Assembly (NCBI GenBank): GCA_964057225.1
Contig: OZ059895.1
Coordinates: 18,972,001 to 19,036,000, forward strand
Reading direction: 5' to 3'
From: Auanema rhodensis
Lineage: Eukaryota > Animalia > Nematoda
Length of the DNA stretch: 64,000 nt
Below the pieces are notes generated by a model, which saw only the letters and a program-made list of their open reading frames with translations, had not been told where the DNA came from and made no database searches. Below are positions 1-15,249 of this stretch, piece by piece; the first letter of the stretch is position 1, and each line of letters starts with the position of its first letter. Made by a program: the position numbers and the translations under genes.

Positions 1-453
1 TTCTCCCTCTCCTAGATCATTTTCAGATTCTCTCTTAGTTTTTTCACTTTTCGTTTTAGTTTGTTTCTTAAAAAGATTCTTAAAAGTCTTTTCTTAGGAT
101 CAAGCTGTTAGTCAAAGAATTTTTGGAGAGAGAAAAAAATTATAAAAAGAATTAATACTATACATATATGTATAGTTGCTAGATGAAGCTAAAGTAAATA
201 CGAGTTAAAATTCCTTTTTACAATGAGAAAATCGAAAATGTGGTGGATGAATGTTCAAGTAAACATTCATTTTCTTCTGAAAGACAGTTTTCATTTAATT
301 TCAACTTAATTATGACAACGAATCAGCCTATTAAGAATGAAATAAGAAAAATTTACATTTAAAGACGATGAATGAACGCTAAATATGCCATAATATATAA
401 GAAATTGAGTTTAAAACACCCAATACGTCAAAAAATTCTAAATTATATAACTT

Positions 454-506
454 TGTTTCGACGTCGTCATCGTCGTCGTCGTCGTCGCCGCCGTTGTCGT
501 TGTCAT
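454..506 (-). CDS. Possible first coding exon (MTTTTAATTTTTMTTSKQ) of a gene running off the left edge of the window
   Basis: ATG at 506 lies downstream of a CTAAC..TAG acceptor, and a GT follows the exon. It overlaps a (CGT)n-type repeat, so it may be spurious. Confidence 0.2.
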
Positions 507-737
507 TGCCGGACTCGCTCAGACAAGACCTGGCTTCTCATCTCTCTAGTGTTAGACAGAAAAAAGACGAAAAGAATTTGAAAATTCACTGAATTATTCT
601 GACGAAGAATTGTGATGAAATAGTTTAATTATATATAGTTTAGTTAGATGCTTATATATATTTTAATGAAAATATTCAATATACATATGTATGCATTTGC
701 TGGACATGTTGATGATAATCTTTTATTCTTTCTAAGA

Positions 738-743
<6 letters not shown>

Positions 744-820
<77 letters not shown>
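744..820. repeat. (GA)n microsatellite
   Basis: Directly visible dinucleotide run. Confidence 0.95.
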
Positions 821-822
<2 letters not shown>

Positions 823-2809
823 GAAGAAGGAAGAAAAGAAGAGAGAGGTAATGGATAATGAAGTTAATACTTGAAAGTGAGGGAGGGAGAGAGAAGAAGA
901 ACAAAGGGAAGAAAAAAATTTGATCGGAAGTGCGGAAATGAACAGAACAATTTCTGAATTAATCATTTTGGGTTTCGTATGTTGATGTACAAACTGAAAT
1001 GTAGTTGATACTTCTTGAAATTCTGGAAAAGAACGCAAGAAACAAGAGAAAAGAAGGGAAACAAGTGAATGAACTAAGAAGATACACTGGGTTAAAATAT
1101 TTAAGCAAAAGAGAGAAAAAGAAGGGGGGGGGGGATACGTCGGACGAGTATACATGGAAATACATGGATGCAAGAATATGCTGGGAGGGAGAAAAAGAGA
1201 CAAAAAGAGTTAGTTTTCTAATTGCGAAGACGTAGAGATAATTGACACCAATCAATATAAAGTAGTGTGAAATTGAATGAAAGAACGATGTTTAGTAGCA
1301 GGGGGAAACGAAGAAAAAGTTTTTGTTGTCGCATGAGCTGAAAGAAATACGAAGAAAAGATTTTTCTTTCCTTCAAAAAAAGCTTTTTTTTTCCGGAATA
1401 AAGGAAAAAATGCGGGACTAAGGACTAGCCTAGATTGTGTGGTTGGTTCTACCACAAGCTCATCCAGGAAGTCTTCAATCGTCGTTGTCCTCGAGGTCGT
1501 CAAGCGAACCACGTCCTGTCGCTGCCGTTGTCAATGTGGTGTCCTTCGTACAGCTTCAGGATGTGGTAGACAAGGATAAGAACATGAGTTCTGTCTGAGT
1601 TTACACAGCTGTACAAGACTAACCGAACAGAAATGATGAGACAAAAATAGAAGAAGAAGAAGACAAGAGCCGTCTGCTTCTTCTCACTCATTTCGAATGT
1701 TTGAAATGCAAGACAGTGACGAACACTAGATCATATAAGTTGAAATATATATGTATCTGCATATATATAGCCATATAGACCTTGGAGAAACGAAAGAAAA
1801 ATTTGGAAGTAAAGAAAGAGAGAAAGCGAGATGAAGAGAGTGAGAGAGTGAGAGAGAATACAAGAAAGAGAGAGCTTTAAAGAGTCGAAATATAGGAAAC
1901 ATTTTAATATTCCCCTGAGGCGGCATATGTGTTTGAGCTTTAAGACATTTTTGGCCTATCTGACCCTAAATTCTTGACACATGAGGCATTCTGTCATTTA
2001 GTTTAATGATTCTTTTAGTTCCCGTCTTCTTTTTTCAGAAAAAAAATTGTCTCAACTGAATACCGAGCAAACAAGCACAAATCGTTTTTAGTTTTTTTCT
2101 TGACCTCTCTCGTCTTCTGCCTTTTACATTATTCCATAGATTCCTTGATACTCTCTTAACATTATGCTGTTTTCATTCTTGAGGGGCTACTGTCGTATTG
2201 AACAATGATAAGAAAAACTCAACAAACATTCAATTGTCAAAGTTTCTGATAAAGGATCATCAATCTGGTATCATCAATCTTTTAACATTTTTCAAGCTGA
2301 GGCACATTCAAATTCAACAGTCAGTGTATCTCAAAGTGCGTGATCGGCACACCAACAGCAATCATTTATAGTATTTTTGCTGTTAACTTAACTATATACT
2401 ATATGTTTTCAGATAGATTTTCAAATTTGCTCATTGAAACATTTGAAATCCAAACCGGATTCTCTTTCTATTGCACCATATTCTCCACTTTTCTACCATG
2501 AGCCCCTACTTGTGAAATAGTTTATTCTCTCTCTCTCTCTCTTCTAATAAACTATCAAAGAATAAGGAGATTCTGAATTCTGTGCAGGTGTCATGAACAC
2601 ACACTCAAAGAAACAAAAAAGTATTATCATACCCTCCATTTCATGATTTTCTTCACTCTCTGATTCATTTTGAAGCCTCTTCAATCAGATTTTTTTTCTG
2701 AAAATATATGTATTTGAGTATTGGACGCTCCTTCTGACTCAATGTTGACAACAAGGATTATAGTTAAGGAGTTGAAATCGACACACCATGTTTAGTAGTC
2801 GTCCATGCG

Positions 2810-4790
2810 ATGGCCAAACAAGGTAATGCCATATTTCCTTCCTCCTTTTCCCTCTTATCTTCAAACTAACCAGGAAAAATTCTTTCTTTTTAGCTTATTA
2901 TTATTTAATAATTGGCTATACAATACTTTTTACTACCTCTTTTGAAGATAAGAACGTTTCAAAGTTTCAGTTTCATTCTCAAGCATAAGGTTGAACTTTA
3001 CAGGAAAATATGTTCCACTATGCATTCGATACGATACACCAACAAGTTTTTCGAAACAAGCTCGTATCCAACCACTAGTTGCTGTAACAGAAATGCCACG
3101 AAAATCCTCGAAAGTAAGTTTCTTTTTTGATTCTTTCATCTTAGTTTCTTTTTCTTTTGATAGAGAGTAAATTAAAAATCATTTCATTGCAATATGAGAT
3201 ATCAAAGATGGAAATTTTTAATTTGTGCGATTTGTTTTTCAGCTTGATGATGGTCTGTCAGCTAGGACGAAACATCAACGTATGCATCATAGTGTAAGGG
3301 TTTTTGAGTTCGTTTTCAAGAAAACAACAGATAAAACTATGAATAGGGACTTTTAATTTGAGAAATTGTGAAAAATTAAGAAGAACAATATAAGAAAAGA
3401 AAAAATCTTTATGGATTATGGCTTATAGAATAAGTAAAAAAAACAAAAATATATCTTTTTATCTTTCAGAATTCATTGAATCTACCAGCCCGAAGTATGA
3501 AACCAGCAACGGATCATTCTCATTCTCATACTTATTCTCATGCTCATGCTCATATTCATGCTCAATCACTGTCGAAACCATTTGTAATTCCTCGCCCAAA
3601 AATTCTTCATTCAACCTCATCATGTTCAACAACCCGAAAAGCTTTAGCTCCATCTTCGTCGTCATTGTCATGGTCATCAACGAATTCCATGATGTCATCA
3701 TCGTCATCATCAACAACATCATTGTCCTCTTCTTCATCATCACCAAAAACAACAACAACAACAACAATGAAAAATTCAAAAAAATCCATAAATACGATTG
3801 AAGATGAAAATTCATTTCCCAAATTGGCATCTTCATGCTCTACATCAATTGAACGACAATTCTCGAAAAATAAAGGATTAAGACGTAATCGATCAAGATC
3901 TGTATCATCCATCCTAATGACACCATCATTCAGGTTTTTTTATTGAAATTTATTTTTTAATTTCTTTTTATCTTTTTCTCTTTCTCTTTTCGGTCCTCTT
4001 ATCTAACTCTCTCAATAATTCTTAAAGCTAAGAAAAGGCAAATTCGTTTGTCATGAATTTCTGACATACTCTTGCTAGACATGAAGCTGTTAAAGTTTCC
4101 TGACCAACTTACTTACTGCTCATGCTTGTTACGTTTGAATATTTGAGCTTTTATGGAAAATATAAAAATTGTATATGAAAATATATGAAAATATATATGA
4201 AAATATATATTATATATTATATGATATAAGTTATTTATTTAAATTTTTTAAATTATTTTAAGTTTGAAAAATATACATAATTTCAACTTAATGATTCATT
4301 TATTTTATTTTGGCAACAACTAATTTCAAATTTTATTTTTAAAATAAAAAAAAGAAAAAGAAATGTTTATAGCTCCAATAACAGATGTTGTTATAGAGCA
4401 AAAACATCGAATGACCAAGTGAGTTCCACAACCTAGGACGAAGTCAAAACCAAAACGAGTTAATTCATGAATATGTATAGTATATCTAAATACATTTATT
4501 AGTTTTTTTTTTCTTTTTTTTTTAATAAAATTAAATAAGAAGAATTGACAATTTTTTGGCAAATTAATACGGTTGTTGTATATAAAACTAGTTTACTTGT
4601 ATCTTTAATACGAAAATCAATTTTTTTTATTTATTCAAAACAAATTCATGAGAGGGGAAAGTAGGGGAAATAGGAAAGAAAGAGAGAAAAACTATCTGAT
4701 GAAATCTTTTCATATAACATCTTCTTTAGGTGTATACCCGAATGTAATGAGAACGAAGATGAAACTCAAAAATGTGTTCGGTTCTATTGA
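2810..4790 (+). CDS. Unknown low-complexity Ser/Thr/His-rich protein, 5 exons, about 235 aa
   Basis: Hand splicing keeps frame: MAKQG|KYVPLCIRYDTPTSFSKQARIQPLVAVTEMPRKSSK|LDDGLSARTKHQRMHHS|NSLNLPARS...LMTPSFR|CIPECNENEDETQKCVRFY*. All junctions are GT-AG, and there is an in-frame stop upstream of ATG 2810. Confidence 0.7.
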
Positions 4791-5510
4791 AATAATGAAA
4801 AGCTGAAAAGCATGAAAAACGTGAAATACTGTGATATAAATATATAATTTTTGTATAATTTATATAATTTGTTCTATTTTTCTTTATACATATTGAATTA
4901 ATTGAATAAAAATCTTTATTTCAAATGGTTTTTATTTTTATATACATATGTACATACAACATCTTTATATTTTTATTTTATTCTTCTATTCAAACTCTCT
5001 CTCTCTCTTTCTCTCTCTCTCTTTCTAACTCTCTCTCTCATCTCTTCTTCTTCTATTTCTTTTTTTTAGTAACCTGGAAGTTATTCGTTATGATTAATTA
5101 CGCCTTGGTTGACTCGAATAAATACCTAATTATTTCCTAGTAACAGGCTTAACCTATGATCATACCTTCAAACTTGTCAGACAAGTTCAAGAGCTATCGC
5201 CCAATTTTCTAGAACTTCGCTTCAACGCTTGAAATGCTATAGCATAAAGCTCACCTTAGATGGCAATAGGAAAAGAAGGAAACGAGCTATTCCTAATTTC
5301 AGGATGTTTCTCTCTTACGATGAGAAAAGCTTTAACGCCTAGAAATTAAATATTTGCTATTCGACTTTCGTTTCACAAGCAAGAATGAGGCAGAAACGTT
5401 GAAATATAGTAAGAAAAAGAGAGAAAAAAAGAATGAATGTGACCTTATTTTTCATTTGTATCTTACAAAAAGAAATTTTAAAAAAGATTAAGGTTTCAAA
5501 ATTTAAATAT

Positions 5511-6328
5511 TTATTGACAACATTCACCCAAATTCTGTTCTTGACGATTGCCCAACGCTGGTGTAAGTAGAAAATATGCAACAATGTGTCCTGAAACGAA
5601 ATAAATTTACGTTTTGAACAGAGAAATATAAAAAAAATTTAATAAATATAATTTGATTTGGTTGAAAAACAAATCTGAACATACCTGCTATCATACTTAT
5701 AACAATTGGAACATTATATGTCATAGCTATCATCATTAAAGAATATGATAAAAACATTTCCACAAAATATAATATTGTTGGTAAACATTTGTGACGAATT
5801 TCTTTTTGATTTTCACTGAATAAAGTTAAATTTGATTATAAATTTCTCAAAAAATTATGATAATGAATGATAAGAATTCAATGTTACTGACTATGAGCTG
5901 CTGCTGCCTAAGAGGCTTTCCTCGATTTCACCACTGTTCTAAAAAAAATTCCTCATTTGTCTGTAGTCTCAAAAGTACTTATTTCAATTTTATTTTAACA
6001 AAAATTTCAAAAAAATCTAATTACAATACATATAGTTAGTGTCAAATCAACTAAGATACCTGTGAAAAAAGTTTCTCATTTAGTCGGTTATGTCCAAAAC
6101 GCAAAAGTTCGTAGAGGAATGATAAACCAGATACAGCAAAACAAGATAATATATAAACTATAAATAAGACATAATATTTTAAAAAATAAAGGTTAAAAAC
6201 AATTATTATGAGGGAGAACATAGAATGTTATTACAAACTTTTATACCTAATAAGGTTTTGGGTATCCAGCCAGCAAACAGTATCACTTCCTCTATACGAA
6301 AATGAAAATACATAATCATCATCATCAT
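5511..6328 (-). CDS. Ctr/SLC31-family copper transporter (paralog A), 5 exons
   Basis: N-terminal Mets motif MMMMIMYFHF..ILFAGW; TM1 YILSCFAVSGLSFLYELLR; TM2 LSYSLMMIAMTYN (MxxxM); TM3 ISMIAGHIVAYFL; C-terminal GECCQ*. Confidence 0.92.
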
Positions 6329-6724
6329 TTTTTAAATTTTCTAAATAGAATTATCTTTCAAATTCAAATAAAAAATATAAAAAAAGGAATAAATAATACG
6401 AAATACGTATTTTAGAAATATTTAAATTAAAATTAAAAAGAATTTCTTTTAGATGATCATTTGTTGTTGTATTCTTATTATTCTGTTAAACATGAAGTTG
6501 TTGTAAGAGAGAGAGAGAGAGAGAGATATGTATATACAGAATGCTATAGATAGTATGAGAGAGAATGTATATACGTATGTATGAAAGAGAGAGAGAGAGA
6601 GAGAGAGAGATATCATTAGAAAAGTAATGAAGTTTAACAGGTAATATGAGCATATATCTTCAATCAGTTTCAACAATTTTCATGAAATATTTAAAAAAAA
6701 CTATTGTTTCTGTTGTTTCTGTTT

Positions 6725-8250
6725 TTAATGAATTTCTTGAGAATGGTCAGATCCATTGCTACATCGGGATTTTGATCGAATTCCAAATATGTAATAACCA
6801 AATGAAACTCCTATACAGATGGCGATTGCTAACCAGACAGAAAATGTCATGAAGACCAGCATAAGTATATAGCTTACAATCATCTAGAATATCACATAGT
6901 TAAGAACATATTCATCACATATAAACACTTTAGTTATTCTATTTATTGATTTTTATTACAAAAATAATTTTTGATCAAAAATATTTTATCAGCTCTTCTT
7001 GTTCCTAATTCACTTATTTTCAAAATCTGATGCAACTATCGGCACGTACGCACATGAATCGTACATGAGGTTTAGAACATTTCAATTCATACGATCATAC
7101 TATGCGAAATATCTATCCGTTCAAGAAATTTTAAGAAATTTACAAAAGAAATGAATTAGTACAATCGTTAATTCATTAAAATAATTATTTTGTATCAGAC
7201 TTTATTTTAATTTCTCTTTCTTAAATTCTTTTTACTAATGCTTACCTGAATACCAAACAAAGCTGTTTGAGCTAAATGATGTTTATGGAAAAGTCGACGA
7301 ACATAACTAAAATAAAACTTAATTAGATGTACATAACTATAATTCAGAATAAATATCTATATGTATATGAATATATCATTGAATATAAGATTAAATTGTC
7401 TCAAAGCTTAATTTGATGCTGAAATAACAAAAATATTAAGAAATCTCTTTAACTATTTGCTATAATATTCTCAAATTGTTCTACTATGAGACTTACATCA
7501 TCTCACTAACTACGTGTTCACTAGGAAATGTAGCATACTTGATATTAGGATCAGCAGGTTCAGCACATCGTTCATGTTTCCATCGAAGATGTTTCAAATA
7601 TTCATACAAAAATCCAATTGTCGCAATTATTATACAGGCAAATAACATTTCTGAAATATATATATATATAACAGTTATAATGATATTCAGCTTTTTCCAC
7701 TACAATCTAGATGGATGTACAAGCAGGAGGGAGAGAGAGACAGAGGAGGATTGCCTCTTCAGCCAGTTTTTTTACATCATGAACTATAAGATGTTACCAT
7801 TTCTCAACTTAACTGTAGAATTTTAAAAATAAAAAGAATATTTTTTATTATTAGTACTGCATATTGTAGTTGAGAAATACTATAAATAGACATTCATTTC
7901 CAGTCTATCTAGCAGACACCGGATACGCAATCGAATGGTTTTTGTTTTTATGCCCCGAAAACTACAAAGAATCATTTCAAAAGAAAGAATTATTACCTTG
8001 ATTTCATGTCTAAACATGTATCTTCTACATGAAATATAGGTTAAATATAGAATAATGTTTGAAATCGAATTTTAAAAAATCAATGAAAGTCATAAACAAT
8101 TAAGAAAAAATTAAAATTCTTACGTGGGATAGTGGTGACAGTGAAAGGCTCAAAGAGGATAGTATCATTGATGGTAGTATGAAACCACATCCACATATGA
8201 TGATTGGAAGCAGCTCCCATGTCATGGCCAGCCATATCATGTCCCTCCAT
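6725..8250 (-). CDS. Ctr/SLC31-family copper transporter (paralog B), 4 exons
   Basis: His/Met-rich N-terminus MEGHDMAGHDMGAASNHHMWMWFH; TM1 FACIIIATIGFLYEYLK; SYILMLVFMTFS (MxxxM); IGVSFGYYIFG (GxxxG). Confidence 0.93.
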
Positions 8251-9991
8251 GATGTAACTTTCTAAAATGCTTCAGTGGTTATGTATTGTTTCAAGACTAT
8301 AGATGACTAGAAATGATTGAATAAATGTATATTGTGAAGATCGTATGAATGAAAGAAATAATCATTCGGTCAAGTTAAAACATGACAAAACATTAGTATT
8401 TCTAATGTCAAGAAAACGACAGAGATTGATTGAACGAAAACCCCAAAGAAAATGCGAATATGCTCATAGACTGTTATCAATTCTACATGTAATTAGAAGA
8501 GAGAAGTCCGTATCATCTACTGATTAGATAAGACAGTTCTTATTATAAAAAATAACCACCCCCCCCCCATCCAATGGATTTTATGGTCTGGCACAAAAAC
8601 AAGAGCAAGTAATAAACATTTCGAAAACAATTACCATTCTCCAATAGCCAGACATTGCAACCGTTCTGAAGAGTCCACTGCTCTGTACTTTACAGATATG
8701 ATATGCTGAGTATATTTCACGGCTATGTACACAATCCACTAACATCTAATCAAGTATGACCTTAAATTCATTATCAATTTCTGTAATGTTTAGCAACTTA
8801 TCTATACCATATTCAACTATTCATGGCTACGACACACCTGCCAATCACAAATGAGACCAGCCGCATAGTTAAGGAAAATAATAGAAATGAGCTTGAAGCG
8901 TGAGTCACGCAATCGGCGTCAAGTACGTCAGTTCATTCAAATTTGCTTTCAAAATAGCAATAACATGATCAGGTCATAGTACATATATTTATTATATTAT
9001 TATTATTATTATTATTATTATTAAATATCATTAATTGTTTTTCCCACTTGTATATTATTTTCATTTTTAGTTCCGTCTCTTAATATGAAATTAAACAATT
9101 AAATTTTAATAATTATTCATTAAATCATATATACAATCAAATACGGATAAAAATGGATTCCTTTCCGTTTTAGTTGTTGATCATCAAAAATAATTGATCA
9201 GATCTAAATTGTTTTCAAACATATTAACAGTCTTCAAACGAAGAAGAGCTCCACAATATACATATCAATAAATCAAAAAATAGAATATTGTCTCGTCTTG
9301 TATGCGAAGAATACATTTTCGCATAAATAAATAAAAATAATAATAATTAAACAAACAATAAACAAACATAACCAAAGTTTTCTTTTTTTCGGATTCACGT
9401 AGATAGATAGAGGTTGAAAGAGAGCGAGAGAGAGAAGGCGGTGAGCGAGATTTTTATTATTAAGATTAACAGAAATGTTTTCTTTATAACAAAAGAAAAT
9501 TGCTGTTTGATCGAAATGATAATTCTATTTCGATATCAAATCTGAGATGTTTTTAATCAGAAAATGATAGTGAAAGACAAGAGGCTTTGTGCTATAAGCT
9601 ATTTTGACTTATAGACAATCTCATTCATTTCACACCAAACTATTATTTATTATTTTCAAATATTAAAACATTTAAAATTATTTGGGATAAAGTTTTGGAG
9701 AACAAAATAGTTTAAAGCACAGTTGCTAAATGGTAATTCCGTAATACATATCCACAACTAACGGCCTTGTTTTTTCGCTTTTTGTGTGGCTCCTGATCAG
9801 CTTTTTGATTCGAATATTCCAAAATTCATACTTCGAGAATGGAATCAAAAGCTACGATTCTGAGCACATATAAGACTGACTGGCTGACTGACGAATGAGA
9901 ATAGCTACGACAAACAGTAATGTTATGATGAGATACACAGAACATAAAATGGTTTGAAAGCACAGCTCTCAAAACACTTTTCATTTTGTGC

Positions 9992-11462
9992 TCAGATCAG
10001 AACACCGAACTGCTGTTCAAAGCGATGGTCAAAACCTGCAGAACCAGCCCAACATCTGGAATATAGAAACAGTTAGACACACACTTTCAAAGGTAATTTA
10101 ACAATTATTTTTCTTTTTCAAATAAAAACTCAAAAACTTTTTGACAGTTTTAAGATATCAAAACTTAAAATTACCTGAAGTTATACAGATGTTTACTGAC
10201 GGTTTTTGTCGTTGTTTCAATGTCCACAAAGACAATTCGTAATCGGTGTAAATTTCGCCTCTCAAGAACAAAGTTACATTTGACACCGTAGTCAATAACT
10301 CTGTAAAAAAAGAAAAAAATTAATTGTTGAAGCATCGCTATTATTTGAAAAGGTCATAGAATTTACAGTCGTAAAACGAAAGAAAGTTTAAAACGTCTTC
10401 AAAGGTGAGTAATAGACGACGATTTACCTGTCTAGATGAGGGGCTTCTCTCTCAGTGGTTCGGATTGTCAAATTTTGAACGTTAGGCCAATAAACCTAAA
10501 AACATGATGAAATCAATCAGTTTCATCTTAGGAATTACCTCTCCAGGATTCGAGAATTCACATTCTAAATGCATATCTTCATCCATGGCATCCATCGCCT
10601 TCATAAAGCATTGAAAGGCATACCACCTATTCAAGTCCAATGCTGATATCGATACTACTAACTAGAATGAATCAAAACTAGTTGATGATGATACTATATG
10701 ATATAGTTACCAATTCAGCAATAGGAGCATCAATTGTTGCTTCAATAATTGATTTGCGGAAAACACTCATTAAGCCTACGAGAGCTTGAATATCTCTAGC
10801 TGTCCATCTGAAACAGATTTTTATAAATACAAATATGTTCAAAACTCTACTTGAAAAACTAGAAATCAAAAATTTTTGTACAAATGATCGAATACAACTG
10901 ATAACTTACTTTCTATCAACTGCAATACGAACACTGCTGTCTGTTAATCTAACAGCAACCTGGCTGTTTTCAGCCAGAACCCATCCTTCAGAAGTTGATG
11001 TAACTTGACGAATATCAACCTTTTTAACATCCAAATGTGTAAACTATAATATTTTAAAATAAATTATAATTTTTTTTAATTTATGAACTTACGGTATTTA
11101 ATTTATTATCCACATGATTCTTAATACTCTTGCTAACAGCTCGCATTCGAATTTGCTCGAAAATATCAGCAGAATCGACAACCTTCATTAAAATTTCTTC
11201 GGGTAATGTCATTCCAGATACAGCATCAACAGATAGTGTTGAGCCACGTTGAAATAGTCCTTTTGAAGAAGATGCTTTGTGCATTGTTCCATTAGAATAA
11301 GCAGAAGAAATCTTAAAAAGAGAACAATATTTATTGACAAACAAAACAATTTGAAAAATTAAGGAAAAACATTATGAAAATGTAAGATATTACCTTTACA
11401 TCTTCACGATCTGCTCCTTTTTTGTGACGAAAAGACAGTTTTCGTATCAACTTGAGGGGCAT
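9992..11462 (-). CDS. F-box domain protein, nematode-type, about 8 exons
   Basis: Starts MPLKLIRKLSFRHKK; F-box-like LPEEILMKVVDSADIFEQIRMRAVSK; in-frame exons continue to CWAGSAGFDHRFEQQFGVLI*. Confidence 0.8.
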
Positions 11463-13613
11463 TTTATGCTTAAGTTCGTGATACTTGATCAGGTATCGAC
11501 TAGGACACTGAAATTACAAAATAATTCTTCAGGAATAAAACAAAAATAACAGAAAAATCCGAAAAAAGTTCTACAATATAGTTTAAAAATATGAATAAGA
11601 CAAAAATAAAGTAAAAGTTCTCACCACAATTTCCATATTTCAAAAAAATAATTTATATATAGCAGTCTGGATATGAAGTGAGAGGAGATATAACAGAAGA
11701 CACTAAAGTCTTAAATTAGAATTGTCCAACTTGAGCAGTTGGGGAAGGAATAGGAAGCAGCCGCAAAGCAAGGAATGACTTGGAGGTTATGAAGCAAACT
11801 AAGCAGCTTTTTTGAAACTTATCGAAATATTTAAAGTCTGATGGGGGCGTGCTAAGTCACAATATTGCGAGTTGCGAAGAGTTAGCAAAATAGAACATAA
11901 CAGGGGAACAAACACGTTGAACGTTTCAAATGTTGAATTCAAAACTAGCAGGAAAACGTGATAGGGAATGAAGGAATGCTTTAGATATTTACTACATCAT
12001 ACATTGAAAATAGAGAGAATGGTAGGTGGAAAAAGAAATGGCGAGAGAAAGAAACACCAAGACTAGCAAGACAAGAGTTAGACAAAGTACTAATTACCTT
12101 GTATGGCTGTATGTATTGCAAAACCATGCATTCATGTTGGCTGTCTCAACTGCAATGCATGCTCTTGATTGCTTCCGTTCATGTTGAAAGGCTATTAACT
12201 ACCTCTCTATGATAACGACCGTCTTTTTTACCTTTTCCCCATCTCTCTCTCTTGTATAGAACATGACTTCTGTAGAAGTCTGATGCCTACTCGTTCTCTA
12301 ATTCTCTTTATGTTCTAGCGTTCACAGTATGCTAGCACAACAACAAGAAGTTACAGTCTCGCATGAACATGCTTGAACATCGGCAAAAAATGTGGAAATC
12401 AGATAGATAGTCTGGCAGTGTGAGAGAGATCAGACGGAAACAGATGACATGAGAAACTAACAAGGTCCGGCCGCTATACAGCTTCAACTACGCCTTTAAT
12501 CAAATGAGTCATCGTCACACTGTCGTACTTAATGGGAAGACGTCGAACATAGTCCATGAGGTGGAGTGCAGGCTTGCATGTGGCTAGCATGATACACCCA
12601 AAACTACACACATACATAAACATATAGCACAAAAACCTGGTTATTTTGCAGAAACATAAAGCTTATTTGAATTTGTAGGGTAGGTTTGTAATTAAACATA
12701 AGGGTGACGAAGACAATATAAAGAGTAAGAACTGCAGTTCAATACAGTTCAAACAGTTTTGCAAAAATGTATTTCAACTAGACAACAGAGTTTGTGTGGG
12801 TGACATGAGATAACGATAACAGAAGCCTGATGCTTCTTACAGCGTATGATGGACGGGGCAAAAATTGAACCTGTTATTAGCATAATGTATATAATCGTTT
12901 AGCATGTCTATATATAGTATATAACAATACTTCTACAAACTATATGAACTCAACTCTTTATACATTGTATATGTAAGAAAATCAAAAATAATAGTTAGAA
13001 GAAATAGTAGACATGCTTTTAGTTTCATTTTTCTTTTACAATACAACCAACTATTTTATAAATTGCTCATAAAACTAATAAATTATTACGGCATATTGAT
13101 GTAACTATAAACTAAAACCAAAAAAAAGGAAACAAGAAAAACATTAATGAACCCGATGGGCTGAAAAACTAATAAATGTGTGAACGAAATACATATAGTT
13201 TAATACGAATAATATTAAAAATATAACTATATGTATATATATATATATTTACTATAACTATAACTATTTTTAGACAATATATGAAGAAATGCAGGCATTT
13301 GTTAAAAAGAATTATAGGATAGTTTAGATATTCTGAGAAGGTGTCGAAGATTGGAGGCTGAGATGCTGGGCAATGCGATATGCGGATTGAGAGGTAAGGA
13401 GGATAGTTAGCCTAGAGAAAACAGTTAAAAGAGAGAAAGTAGATAGGACAGAAAATCCAGAGGTCATATATGAGATGATGGCCCGCCTACATAACAATCA
13501 TCATCATCAACATATACTTTGTTCTAAACTAAAAGTAACTATACTATAATATTAGAAATATAAAGATCAAAATACAAACAATAATAATTTGAACTAAATA
13601 TATAAGATATTTA

Positions 13614-13616
<3 letters not shown>

Positions 13617-13648
<32 letters not shown>
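13617..13648. repeat. (TA)n microsatellite
   Basis: Directly visible. Confidence 0.9.
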
Positions 13649-13653
<5 letters not shown>

Positions 13654-15249
13654 CTATTTTATATAAGATTATATATATATATATAATACTTTATTTGTGT
13701 ACAAAAACGATAGGTGAATAAGATGAGAGATCATTATAATAGGATGATTAATCAAAACATACATACACTTAGATATGCCAAGCTTTTCGGCGCCTAGATT
13801 CGAGTGTAAGCTTTGTTCTCAGACTTATTTATGATATACGTAGAATATGATATATATATATACATACATTACATAAGAACCAGTTAAGGTTGATAAATAG
13901 GAAATAGAAGGCGTCATAGATCTTTGAGCAGAAACAGGAAAAAACTGAAAAACGGAAGGGCTGAGCTGATGTTGCGGAGGGCAACAAATGAACTTTAAGA
14001 TCATTAACTTCAGGTTATATTAGAAATTACCAGAATGTTCCTGAATATTGGCATGTACATGATATTTTTATAAAAAAAAAGTTTTTTTGTCTCCAAAATT
14101 ATGTGAAAAACACAAAGAGAACGGTCGATACATTCATAGAAACAACATCTTTGGACATATACTTAGGAAAGTGTAGGGATTACAAATTGAATTAAAAAAA
14201 TATTTCATAAGAATTCAATGAAATTTGACAGTTTGATAATTATATAAAAATATATATATATATTTATACATATATAGTTATTTATAATTTATATAAATAT
14301 TTGATAAGTTTACCAATGTTAGGACACGGTGAGATTTTATGATCTTGCACCCCCCTCCCCCGCCAAACAAAGCAAAATAAATTGAAATTTAATGATATAA
14401 TTAAAATTTGAAGATAAAAACTTTATATTATACATAGAATGAATTCAGTCTGAATGATTAAATATGTCTTGAAGCTTCATAACGATATCGTTTTGTGTGA
14501 TATTTACAGATACATGAACGCTGATTTCACGACGTCACCATGTATACTGACTGGTTGAAGATTATCCGGTTTTTACATGTTCTTTCGTTTGTATCTCTTT
14601 TAAATTTGTGTTTTAATGATGTCATATACACCTAGACAAATGAGAGACCATCTTGGTGCATGTTGCAACTCAAGGATGGGTTAAAGCGAGTAAGAAGAAG
14701 GGTCATAACTGATGAGGCATTTGGAAAACGAGGGTGTAAATGAAAGAAAAAAAGAAAAATGGGGAAAATAATTCAATTAAATGGCATGACGAAGCTTCTC
14801 GAATATGGCATTCAAAGGGAAACAAAAAATGTGAAAGGTTGATAGATGATTGAAAGCCTCCACCTATTGAAGCACAAAGAAAACAAAGAGAATGTTTTAT
14901 CAAGACTCCAATGTAGATGAAGAGAGGAAATCTATTCTTGAGTTCTTCTAAAATGAAAAGAAATTAATGTAAAAATTTATTGATATAGATGAAGAGAAGC
15001 CTAATTAGCTATATAATAATTTTGATTGATCATAGGAAACTGGAAAATCGTCTTTTAGAAAGCTAACACTGTTTGGCCAGGGATGAGCGATGATTATTGA
15101 AAACGAAGATGAATGTCACCAAGTTATCATAATGAATTACTTCCGATGAAAAATGAAGAAATAAAATTGGAAGAAAATAGAGATATTATTGAAGTGACAA
15201 GGAGGATAAGGTACAATATAATACATAGTGGGAAAATAAGAGAAATAAG

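Noticed and set aside
644-1235. ERER/SLSL ORFs (also at 15113-15660, 15940-16194 and 18892-19128)
   Set aside because: Translations of (GA)n microsatellites
1252-1691. GC-richer patch with 63-aa and 86-aa minus-strand ORFs
   Set aside because: No consistent splice model or recognisable motif; may be UTR or regulatory sequence
5070-5340. Splice-like signals on the minus strand downstream of Ctr paralog A
   Set aside because: Could not build a stop-free spliced frame
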